Source: Candidatus Bathyarchaeota archaeon
GTDB lineage: Archaea; Thermoproteota; Bathyarchaeia; Bathyarchaeales; Bathycorpusculaceae
Reading direction: 5' to 3'
NCBI GenBank assembly: GCA_963770935.1
Contig: CAVYRJ010000001.1
Coordinates: 183,393 to 247,392, forward strand
DNA: 64,000 nt
The notes beneath the pieces are model-generated. The model worked only from the letters and a program-made list of their open reading frames with translations, did no database searches and was not told the DNA's origin. Below are positions 10,291 through 20,196 of the stretch, piece after piece (the stretch's first letter is position 1; each line of letters begins with the position of its first letter). The position numbers were made by a program, and so were the translations under genes.

Positions 10291-11271
10291 ATGAGTATAA
10301 CCCAAGTGAGTAGAACAAAAGAAGCCCCAAAAACGCATCATCACTTAGCTGATAAGTGCCCAGAATGCGCAAGCAATAATCTTGTTCACGATTACGACAC
10401 GGGCGAAACCATCTGCGGTGACTGCGGTCTTGTTTTGTATGAGCAGATGTTAGATAAGGGACCTGAATGGCGCGCTTTTACTCAGGAAGAGAAAGCATCA
10501 AGAAGCCGCGTTGGAGTTCCCACTTCATATTCAGTTCATGACAAAGGCTTATCTACAACCATCAGCCAAGTGGACCGCGATGCATTCGGAAGAAAACTTC
10601 CCCTGTCCACTAGATTGCAAATGTGGCGTCTTAGGAAATGGCAAATACGCAGCCGAGTCCACTCATCCAGCGACCGAAACCTTGCACAAGCAATGGCTGA
10701 ACTTGACCGTTTATCAGGCAAAGTTTCCATCTCACCACCAATCAAAGAAAAAGCCGCTGTTATTTACCGCAAAGCATTAGACAAACACTTAGTCCGAGGA
10801 AGATCAATCAACTCCATCGCTGCTGCCGCGCTGTATGCTGCTTGTCGTAAGAGCGGAGCACCAAGAACCCTTCGCGAAATCGCTAAAGCCAGTCTAGTGG
10901 ATAAGAAAGATGTTGCACGCTGCTATAGGCTGCTGCTGCAAGAGCTCGATTTTCACATGCCAACTACTGACCCGTTGACGTACATTTCAAAAATTGCAGA
11001 AGAAAATGGAGTATCTGGCAAAACACAGGGGGCTGCCATAGCTATACTTGGGGAGGCTAGACGAAAACGAGTTGTAGCGGGAAAAGATCCTATGGGCATG
11101 GCTGCAGCTGCACTCTACATAGCTTGTGTCCAGAATAACGAAAAAATAACACAAAAAGAAATCGCAGAAGCCTCTGGAGTCACTGAAGTTACGGTTAGAA
11201 ACAGATACAAGGCACTAAAGAGGCAGCTAAACCTCGAAATACCCGATCAAAGAGAGATGACAGCAAGATGA
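10291..11271 (+). CDS. tfb: Transcription initiation factor IIB paralog
   Basis: CPEC..CGDCG Zn ribbon, GPEWRAF, two cyclin repeats, GVTEVTVRNRYK; GAGGTGG RBS. Confidence 0.97.
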   Translation: MSITQVSRTKEAPKTHHHLADKCPECASNNLVHDYDTGETICGDCGLVLYEQMLDKGPEWRAFTQEEKASRSRVGVPTSYSVHDKGLSTTISQVDRDAFGRKLPLSTRLQMWRLRKWQIRSRVHSSSDRNLAQAMAELDRLSGKVSISPPIKEKAAVIYRKALDKHLVRGRSINSIAAAALYAACRKSGAPRTLREIAKASLVDKKDVARCYRLLLQELDFHMPTTDPLTYISKIAEENGVSGKTQGAAIAILGEARRKRVVAGKDPMGMAAAALYIACVQNNEKITQKEIAEASGVTEVTVRNRYKALKRQLNLEIPDQREMTAR

Positions 11272-11399
11272 GTAAGAAAGGAGAAACAGGTGAGCAGGAT
11301 CGGGGAAAGCCTCAGCCTCGAAAAAAGAAGGACAGGGAAGATGCTCGCAAGAAGAAGAAACTCGACAGAGTTGAAAGACAAAAATCAAGATTGGCTTAA
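11268..11399 (+). CDS. 43-aa highly basic microprotein coupled to tfb
   Basis: ATGA overlap with the tfb stop; MSKKGETGEQDRGKPQPRKKKDREDARKKKKLDRVERQKSRLA. Confidence 0.5.
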   Translation: MSKKGETGEQDRGKPQPRKKKDREDARKKKKLDRVERQKSRLA

Positions 11400-11539
11400 A
11401 TAAATTTAGAGTTAGACATGGAGATTTATTATTGTCTGACGCTGCTCTGTCATTTCTTCGGTTGATTGACTGTTTGTGTGTGGCTAATACTTTTCGGGGT
11501 GTGATGATTAAACTAAAAACATATGATATATTTAGAAAC

Positions 11540-12022
11540 CTATGTAGGTTCAATCCACGATATATCATGTCCACCTTGCAAGTAATTATGTCTCCAAACA
11601 ATTTCTGCAATAGTAAAACTCCAGGTACAATGTCCCTCGGCATCCAAATGATGTATTAGTTGTATAGAAGTTTCATCGATTTTTACAACAGGCATTATGT
11701 GCCAACCCTGACCATTACCCAGAGCTAACGAAATCAGGCAAGGTTTTTGCTCTTCTAAGAGAGATTTGATACGGTTCACTTTGTCTATTCCCTTGGTAAA
11801 ACTCTGTACTTTAATATTGATTTTAGGATACACACTTCTAATCTTCTCTGAAACAGAGTCAAAACCATTATCTTGCCCCAAGTCAAAATCCTCTTGAAAG
11901 GTCTCAAGATGCACTCCTTGAATCTTCAAATATCGAATTAGCCACTCATAGCCTGTTGGAATACAGCCAGATTCATGACGTTGAGGAACCACAGTTTTGG
12001 ACCAGTTTGATAATTGTGCCAT
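11540..12022 (-). CDS. Papain-like (C39-type) peptidase domain protein
   Basis: Q-x4-GC (PQRHESGC), GWHIMPVV and a downstream Asp fit a Cys-His-Asp triad. Confidence 0.6.
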   Translation of the reverse strand: MAQLSNWSKTVVPQRHESGCIPTGYEWLIRYLKIQGVHLETFQEDFDLGQDNGFDSVSEKIRSVYPKINIKVQSFTKGIDKVNRIKSLLEEQKPCLISLALGNGQGWHIMPVVKIDETSIQLIHHLDAEGHCTWSFTIAEIVWRHNYLQGGHDISWIEPT

Positions 12023-12215
12023 TTGTTATCAGAACGGTATAGGAAGTAATAGCAACTTAAGACTTTTTACTATCGTTCTGAATCAGATTTTTCCATTTGT
12101 TTTTTCCTTCTATCGTTATTTCACATGAGTCACGAGGGGTTTTCCATCCTGAGATTGAAGTTAAATTATTGAAAGTTATGAATCCGAGGTCTTGGAACGA
12201 ACTGCATGGAAACGG

Positions 12216-13250
12216 TTATTCGTTTTCTGCTGAGGCTGCCCCTAGGTCATTATTTATTCTTGTGTTGCCCTTTCCTTTGCTGGCATGTCCAAATCGTGTT
12301 ATTTTCCAGTTATTCATGTTTCCGCGTATAATCTGAGGGTTGCTGGTTAAGATGTAGAAGGGAACTTTGGTTTGGGAAGTGTAGAGTTCAGCTATGAAGT
12401 TGAGGAGTCGTTTGCCTACGCCGATTCCTTGATAATCAGGTAGCACGACTAATCGGCTGACTCGATAGTATTTTGCTTTCATTCTCACGCAGGCAACAGC
12501 TATGAATGCCACAGGTTTCTCTTGATAGACTGCAGTATAGCATCTGACTCCTGCACCGAGGGAGCCGTTTAGATAGTGATATTGCCGAAACATCTTCCAA
12601 AGGTTAGCGCCGCACCGATAGACTTTGGAGTTCAACGGGCGGCCGACTTCTTTTTTTCGGTCTAAACTCCATTGTGTCTGTGCAGAAGACCCAGTCTGGA
12701 TCCAGCCAATCCACAACATCATAGTGGCAGGTTACAGCAATGAATTTCTTGGAGACTTCTACGAACTGCTTTGCTGATGGCAAAGGCGCTGACTTTGGCA
12801 ATCTCCCTATCCACGACAGAGGTAAACTCATCGAAAACCACTAAAGGCTTATCTAAGCATAGCGCACGGGCGATGTCAACCCGCATCTTCTCTCCTTGGC
12901 TCAAACAATCATACGCTTTCAGCCAGTCCGGCGGAGAAGCGAAGCCGACACTACAGAGCATTTTTGTAATCGCATTCGTTTCAAGTTCTTGGGGAAAGTC
13001 ATCTAAGACGCATTTGCTTTTGTATTCAAAACCACGTATGTAAGCTTCTGGAAAAAGTTGTTTGGCTATGCTTGTTTTGCCTGAGCCGCTTCGCCCAACT
13101 ATTACGCCTATTTGCCAATCAAAATCCTCCAGAGGCAAAGAGCCTTTAAAACGCTTCTCCAATTTGACATCTGAAAGGGTATAGCTGCCGACCACGCTCT
13201 GTGATCTAAAACTATCAGATTCTTCCCATCGCTTTACAATGTCAAAATCC
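12216..13250 (-). pseudogene. ABC-type ATPase-GNAT acetyltransferase fusion, two frameshifts, start lost
   Basis: GRSGSGKT, LSQGEKMR, VFDEFTSVVDR; then AVTCHYDVVDWLDPDW; then SRLVVLPDYQGIGVG, in three frames. Confidence 0.85.
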
Positions 13251-13254
13251 GTAG

Positions 13255-13791
13255 CTTATATCCCCCTCCAATCTTAGCTTCTCATACTTGGCTTTCTGAT
13301 CGGCTTCGTCTCTGCACTCTACAATTATCTCGTAGGTTCCAGGAATCGAAAAAGAGATGTCACGGTCATCCACCTCGATCGGGAGCCTTCTCACCTACGG
13401 ATTCGAGGAGCGCCTTCAAATCTTCCTTTTCGCCTAGCTCAACTATGCGCAAGTATTCGGCACTGTCCAGCTCTTTGTTGTGTTTTCCTCTTAGCTTGTT
13501 TAGCACCTGCCTTAGCAATCGGCGGTCAACGTCTTTAATGGGCAAGCGGATGACGCTGCACTCGGTCATGCCAAGCTCTTTCATAGCGGTAACACGCTGC
13601 TGTCCATCTGCCACCAAAAGCTCACTGTTAGTGACGACGGGAACGATGTCTCCCCATCTTCTAATTGAAGCTTTCAATCGGTCAAGTTGCGCAAGGCTCA
13701 TTCTGTTGGGATTGTCTTGGTCAAACTTGAGGTCGCTGATTTTCACGCGTTCCGACATAGGAATCGGAATTTCTTTTTCAAGATCACTCAT
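13255..13791 (-). pseudogene. ParB/Srx N-terminal-domain protein, frameshifted near the C-terminus
   Basis: GGAGG RBS before ATG 13791; NPNRM...LKASIRRWGDIVPVV...ADGQQR; continues in another frame as YEIIVECRDEADQKAKYEKL. Confidence 0.78.
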
Positions 13792-14784
13792 TCCGCTTTT
13801 TCTCCTCCATTTTCTTGTTTTAAACCCATTAATGAGCGCCTCCCGCTCCTCCGGATGCGCTTCATAGTACTCCTTAATTTTACGTGAAATAAACTCGTCA
13901 TGGAACCCTTCAAAAATCTCAAAACTCTTCTCAGTAAATACTCCTTCAGGATAGATTGCTTTTATTTTGGCGTCTACTGCGTCCCACCAGGCATAATCAT
14001 CAAACGCGGGGTCATCCTCGTTTCGGTTATTGTTGTATTCATAATCTTCTATCAGGCAATCGTGGTTGAATTTCTGCATCTCATGGAAGAACCACAGAAC
14101 CCTGAGCATAACTCGTGGGTCTTCGCCTTTGGGGTATGCGGCAGCGAACCATTTATAGACTATTCGTTCTAAGCGGTAGCTTAAAAATTCGTGTGATTGT
14201 TCAAGAATGGCGTTTTCCTGGTCTGTTAGTTGGCTTAGAAGCTGTTTGGCTGCCTCGTTTTGCTGTTCCGGACTTGTTGCCGCTGTTTATTATGGCTTGT
14301 GCGTCGTCTTTGAAAGTTGCTCTTATTTTTTGTGCGTGGTCATGCAGGAGTTGTTCGTCTAAGTCGCCTATATGGAGCATTATGTCGTCGTCTTCTGGGG
14401 GAAAGTCTAAAATGTTGTCCTCTAATTGGTGGAGTTTACGGCTTAACACATTCATCAGAAACCCTCTCCTATCCCTTTCCGTTTTTGTTTTTTCGCCATC
14501 AGGTTGCGGTTTGGGAATCAGTATGCTGTTTTTTAGCTTCTCCTCTAAGGCTATCACTCTGAACTCTAACTCCTCGTCTTTGAGTAGGCTGCCGTAGGTT
14601 GAGACGGCTGAAACCATAACCCTTGCCCAGCCTTGTTTTGCTTTGTCGCTGTTTCCAGCGCATGAATTTTTTTGTGGGAGAGGCTTAAAACGCCGTCTAA
14701 AACGCGAAACAACGTATTTCTGCGGTCTTTAGCTGAACGGTTTGATGACGGTTTCTTATCGGTTTTAGCTTCAACTTCACCCAA
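13792..14784 (-). pseudogene. Two or more frameshifted element-specific hypothetical genes
   Basis: Overlapping minus ORFs 14566-14784, 14201-14617 and the N-part of 13366-14109, co-oriented with the ParB module. Confidence 0.45.
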
Positions 14785-14965
14785 GCTTTATTTGCCTTCC
14801 TAAGTTTGGCTCCAACACCAATGGAGAAAAGACACCGCAAAGCGAGTTAGCTCTCAAGACAACACAAAACAAGACAACGATTTCCATATTGTTAATTTGA
14901 AGATAAAAGACTTGCGTTTAAGATCCAAGAGATAATTTTATAGAGTAAGATCAGCTAAAGAGGTA

Positions 14966-15751
14966 TTGGACTGCAGTGTGGAAGATAGAACCTTATCTTT
15001 ATTATGCAACTCGTGTGGTACTTTGATTCAAAAAGATTATTGGGAGTGCCCTCATTGCAAAGCTCACTATTGCTATGGTTGCGGAAAGGACTTTCAGGTT
15101 CTCCTAAGAAATCTCATCCCCTGCTGTCCTGCATGTAACTTAGAATTATTTCACCAAACAACCGCTGAACCCTACAAAATAGCAGAATCCCCATCTTCTA
15201 TGCCACTGTTAAAAAACAAAAGTTCTACGGTATCAATTGCAGAGACCAAGGTCGAAACAGTACTGCAACTGGGTATTAGAAAAGAATCAAAAAAGCATGC
15301 CGAGGCTGAGATAGAAGTTCAGTTCTACCGTCCAATCCCTGATACTCAAAAAGTTCTTAATTACCTTAAAACGGCTAAGATAAGAAATATCAGGAATAAA
15401 CAACATCTATTTCAAACGCTATCAAATATCTTTAAAAAAGACCCAGAGCGCATAGAAGAACTGTGGTATGAACTAGAAAGAACTAATCCGATTTTAATCC
15501 GCCTAATTATCTCAAAATTTAAGGATGAAGTTCTAAAGCAGCAATATAAAAGAGCTAACTATGAGGCTCTTCATCCTAAGCATAGGAATGCCTTGAATGA
15601 TTCTGAAGTCATCTCTCCGCCGCACAGAGAAGAAGTCAACTTGGATTTAAAGAATGTAAAACCGATAGATGGCGTCGAAATTGAATGGAAACAAGGGAAG
15701 ATGTCAGCTGTCGATCAAAAGAACTACAGAAGCAAATTTGATGAACAATAA
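14966..15751 (+). CDS. Hypothetical protein with N-terminal multi-Cys Zn finger
   Basis: CNSC, CPHC, CYGC and CPAC motifs. Confidence 0.65.
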   Translation: MDCSVEDRTLSLLCNSCGTLIQKDYWECPHCKAHYCYGCGKDFQVLLRNLIPCCPACNLELFHQTTAEPYKIAESPSSMPLLKNKSSTVSIAETKVETVLQLGIRKESKKHAEAEIEVQFYRPIPDTQKVLNYLKTAKIRNIRNKQHLFQTLSNIFKKDPERIEELWYELERTNPILIRLIISKFKDEVLKQQYKRANYEALHPKHRNALNDSEVISPPHREEVNLDLKNVKPIDGVEIEWKQGKMSAVDQKNYRSKFDEQ

Positions 15752-16022
15752 AACTCTTATGTGTTTTTCGTCTGTAAGTTCTATATGCCTTTTACACTCA
15801 ATGCAGTTGATTAGTTTCAACAATATCTCTTGAATTAGATGAACCCTCAACGAAATCCATTAAGCACGAAAAGTTTAATCTATTTAGCAACAAACTGTCG
15901 CGCGATTCTTTTTCTTGGACACAATTTGGTATCAGGGCGTTCTTCTTTTGCCAATACACTATAATCTTCTCGATTGGAGCAAAAAAGGGGAAGTGAAGTG
16001 CTATGAGGTTTTTGTTAATGGA

Positions 16023-18639
16023 TTATGGTCGTTTTCGGAGCATCAGAATTATTACTATTCCGATTACTAAGATTGCGATTATCGCTGCTGCGCCCAAGCC
16101 TAAAACGTATGAGTCGGTCATTGATTCCGGTGCTGATGTTGGTGCGGGAGTGGACGAAGGAGCTTCTTCTACGTATATGGCGGTTTCCGCATTGGAAGAC
16201 CAGTAAGACTTAGAACCAGCAAAAGTAGCAATGATAGTGTATTTGCCTGGAACCTCCGGAGTAAAGGCATAGCTGTATGTGCCACTTGCGTCACTAGTAG
16301 TGTTGCCAACCTCGTAGTAATTGTTGTTCGGGTCAAGCACACTTAAAACAACCTCAACTCCTTTCACGTCAGTGGGTTTCGACTGTTGCATGTAAACATA
16401 CTCCATCCACGCACTCATATCTACGTCAGATACAGCAGGAACTCCATTTGGAAAACGTAGGTCTTGTTCAAGTTGCGTCGTGCCAGGAGAAATATCAGTT
16501 ACTCTGCCTTCAATCAGTACTTTGTTGCCATGCGTTGACACCTTGGGAGATGCTGTTACGATAGTGGCGCTTGGTCCCTTGCCGAATGAATATATCTGCG
16601 CGTCAAAGAAGTTGAGTCCTAAGATGAAGCCGTCTGCGATAACTGCGGTAGTCGATGTGAGATGCCCTCCGCCAACTCCGGCTCCGTAGAATAATGTTTT
16701 AAATATTTCCTTTCCTGTTTCCGCGTCTATGCAACGAAGGTTTTGACCGCGAAATAGAGGTTGCGTTGGTGAGTGTTCACCAGTAACTGTGTATATTTTT
16801 CCGTCTGCAACGCAGAATGCGTAGATTGGATAGTCGCCGTAAGGAGATTCATAGCCAACGCCTGTTGCGGTGTAATTCCACAAGACTTCTCCGGTCTTTA
16901 TATCGTAGGCAAACATTACTCCGGAGTAGCCAAAGGTTAAGATTTTGCCTTGGTAGACATAGTTATAGATGCCATAGTATTGAAAATCGGGTTCAGGGTT
17001 AGTTGGACCCCACAGTCTATTACCCGTTTCTAAGTCGAAGCCCCAGAGTTCCTTCGTCAGTGAATTTGTATAGTAGAAAACACCATCTTCTGGTGCTACA
17101 AATGGCCCAAAAACCGCTCCTCTATACATCGATACGTAGGTTTCTATTGGTGCTACATCAAATGGTGGCGTAAAGGTATAGTTCCAAATCAATTGTCCCT
17201 CTTGCCCTGGTTTCAGGCTTAATTTCCACATGTTGCCTAAAACAAGCGGCTGACCTTCTTTGTTTACTCCTGAAGTTCCACCGATTATATACTCGTCCTC
17301 AAGAACCGCGCGGATGCTGCCCTGTACTGCCTTTGTTATCGTCACGTTCAATGAGAATGCCGTGTCCCCGTTATGAACAGGTAGCCTTTCGGGTCTCCAT
17401 TGCCATAAATCAGTTCCTCCTGTTCCTAATAGCATAGTAGGTATTGCAGATGAGTTCCAAACTTGTAAATATTGTATCCCACCTGATGTGACTAGGTTGT
17501 ATCGCAATATGCTTCCGTCTTTACCATAGACAGCTGTACCGCCAGCAGATACGTTAGCTATTAAGGTTACCGTGTTTCCTGTGAATCCGTCAAGCATTTC
17601 CCAAGTTTGAGTACCTGACCTGACTTGTATAACCAGATGGTAAGGTGACGCCGGAGGTTCTCCATAGGTATGAGAAGCCTCCGTGCTGGTTTGGTGACTC
17701 ATAGTTGTATATCGAACCAAATGCCGGCATGGTTTTGTTGTCTAAAGATAGCGTTTCGCCTGTGTAGAGATCAACGGCATAGTAGCCCTGTATTGTTTGT
17801 GCTGTGTTACGTGCTTCGTAGTAAAGTTTTCCTTGGATAATTATAGGGGTGAAACTAAGACCTGCGTAGTGCCCTGTCATGTAGCCTGTATCATTAAAAC
17901 GAGCGTCCATGATTCCTCCGGCAAAATATGGTTTTGTCCAAATTATGTGAGCGCTTTCTGGAGCTTGACCGAAGCTGAAACGAGTAGTTTGACCAGCCAG
18001 TGGAATAGCTCCAGTCCAAGTTTGAGCGGAGCCCCCCAGCCAGTTTCCTGTAATTTGCCACCAAGCTCTGTTGGCACTGTTTATTGGGCGAGTCCAGTAT
18101 TCGGTTGGAAGAGGTGTCTCTTTCCATCCTTCTATGGGGTCAGTTTGTACAGTAATTGTTGTTGGATCGCTTGTGCTGCCAACATAAGTATCGTTGATGT
18201 ATGCAACGCCAGGTTGGGTCACTATATAGGGGTTTAGAGGAAGACCTGTTATTGTGTCATTAACCATTCTTGCCACGAAAGTGTATGTGCCGACTTGATC
18301 AGGTACGTACGTGGTGTACCCAGCGCCCACTGGATCAGATGTGATAGGTCCGAGTGTTTGTGTTGTTTCGTCAGGTTTTGTAACATCTACATAGAAGGTG
18401 AACCTGTCACCGTAAGCGCCCCCAGCTGTGGGGGGAACGGTGTTACTAAACATGACAACCAATAGCTGCTGGCCGATGCCTACAGTGTGTGGACTAACAG
18501 CAATGTAAGTCCAGGTAGGAATCACCCACGGAGGACTATGAGCTGAAACTACCGGCAAATTAAGAAGTGGAAAAGCAATAGTCATAATCAGAAACAACGT
18601 AGTCATGAAGGCAATTGTTTTTTTCTTTGAAAATTTCAT
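16023..18639 (-). pseudogene. Secreted PQQ-like beta-propeller protein with C-terminal TM anchor; single +1 frameshift near 17620
   Basis: Signal peptide in 17590-18639, remainder in 16023-17720; removing one G in AGTCAGGTCAGGT restores SQSGTQTWEML; collinear with 26895-29489. Confidence 0.9.
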
Positions 18640-18663
18640 GTTTTTCTTTTCCTATAATTATAA

Positions 18664-18737
18664 TTGACAAAAGCAAGCTTTTGAGAGGTTGCCTTGCCAA
18701 CAGAAACAGATATTTTTGCTAGATGTATATTAAATTA
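18664..18737 (-). promoter_or_regulatory. Conserved promoter block plus 5' stem-loop of beta-propeller gene
   Basis: TAATTTAATATACATCTAGC then TTGGCAAGGCAA-CCTCTCAAAAGC-TTGCTTTTGTCAA; matches 26800-26872. Confidence 0.75.
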
Positions 18738-19122
18738 ACCATTCTTGAAAAGACGCCATGGGAAAATATGTAATTTTGATATTTAAATGGTTGTCATAGT
18801 GTGGAATATCGTGTAATGCTTAGGGTTTTGAGTTTTTTCTTTCGGTTGCCGTTAAATAAAATAAAAAAATAGAAAGGCGGGAGATTTTGCCACTTTAATC
18901 TTATAGAAGCCAAATAAGACTAATATGCGAGAAGACCAGGGCCTACTTTGTTCACATAAGAAGGCGGGTGTTGCTCACCAAAATTAACAATTTTTCATAG
19001 CAGTGTTCTAAAGGTAAGACTAAACGACCTTCAAAGGTTGAGACCCGCGGTGATAAACTTCATTAACCAAACCTGTTATTGATCCTGTGATCTGTCCTAG
19101 ACAATAAATCCGACGGGTAAAT

Positions 19123-19761
19123 TCAGTTAAACCGATAGTTTTCTAAAATCTTGGCAATCACATCTTCAATTCCTTTAGGAAAAGGGACTCCGTGTACTTT
19201 TTCATCACCCAAATAAACTAGGGAATGTTTCGGATTACCAGGAATCCACTCTTCGTATTTTGCTAACCATAAACTGAGATGGAGATCAAGTTTTTCTAGA
19301 TACATTTCCAGATCATCTTTTTCTTTTTGGTTCGTTTTTAATAAATTAACGTCGATTTTTTGAGCAAGTTTTTGAATCTTCTTGTTCAAAGGGAGAAGAG
19401 CTCCTTTTGTTTGGCTGCGAATTATCAAGTGTGTTTCTTTATGTCTCGGTTTCATTTTGTCATAAAGACTTTCAAATGTTTCTTCAAACCCGACAAATTT
19501 TCGGATTTCTTCAGGAAATTGATCTTTTAAATTCTTGGCAAGTTCGTCCCTATGCTCACATTGAAGATCGAAAACACGTTTTTGAACAGTAATAAGTCTG
19601 TGCAGAGATTTCAAATTTGAAATATTATCTGCGACAATCGCCTGGTTTACTTTTCTGCGCTCAATTAACTCTCTAACAAAATAAGCGACTGTTGCAAAAA
19701 CAGCACCAATTATTGCTGCACCCAGCCAATCTGGAAATTCTGTAAACAAAGACATTTCCAT
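19123..19761 (-). CDS. Hypothetical protein with N-terminal TM helix
   Basis: 212-aa ORF, hydrophobic N-terminal segment followed by a helical domain. Confidence 0.7.
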   Translation of the reverse strand: MEMSLFTEFPDWLGAAIIGAVFATVAYFVRELIERRKVNQAIVADNISNLKSLHRLITVQKRVFDLQCEHRDELAKNLKDQFPEEIRKFVGFEETFESLYDKMKPRHKETHLIIRSQTKGALLPLNKKIQKLAQKIDVNLLKTNQKEKDDLEMYLEKLDLHLSLWLAKYEEWIPGNPKHSLVYLGDEKVHGVPFPKGIEDVIAKILENYRFN

Positions 19762-19983
19762 AATCCATCCTGTCTCGATAATGAGACGAGAACTATCTCT
19801 TAGTATTCTACTGGGAATGAGATCTATTTAGAATTATTGATCCATTCACAGCTAAATGTAATTTTATAAAACATTTCGGGTGTGGAAAGAAGTTGAATGC
19901 GATTCGTTTATTTGACTATTTAAGGAAGCCTATAAGAAAAATAAAAAGGGAGGTTGCGGGTGATGTCTCCAGAAAATGATAGG

Positions 19984-20004
19984 TCCGTACTAGACGACGA
20001 GCCC
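19984..20004 (+). repeat. att repeat (right), 5' stub of tRNA-Arg
   Basis: Identical to 1088-1108. Confidence 0.93.
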
Positions 20005-20090
20005 AACGCTTGTTTATGCCCAGAAATTTAAAGGGCAGAATAGTAAATACTTTGCTTAAACTTAAAAATAGTGGTCTTGAAAGCAACTGT
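20005..20090 (+). pseudogene. Relic 5' end of a second integrase of the same family
   Basis: In the same register through att it reads RTRRRA-QRLFMPRNLKGR-IVNTLLKLKNSGLE, versus RTRRRA-PSTGLCYKYETE-IIKTLLTMRSNGLK for the left integrase. Confidence 0.7.
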
Positions 20091-20196
20091 TATTTAGGAA
20101 AAAGTCGATTTGAACTGGGTTCTTTAGGTGTTTAGCTCTCAAACATTATCGCAGCGCAATGCTCTATCATAAATGGGTGAAGAAAAATGCGCACTG

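Larger units (their letters stand above)
1088..20004. mobile_element. Degenerate integrative element (~18.9 kb) inserted in the 5' part of tRNA-Arg
   Basis: Perfect 21-bp direct repeat at both ends, integrase next to the left repeat, dense pseudogenes and virus/plasmid-like cargo; core gene lysS resumes after the right end. Confidence 0.9.

Noticed and set aside
19940-20004. SSV1-type split integrase (intN left of the right att)
   Set aside because: Joining this end to 1109 puts TGA TAG immediately before att in the integrase frame; both nearby ATGs are out of frame, so it would need an unproven 1-nt indel
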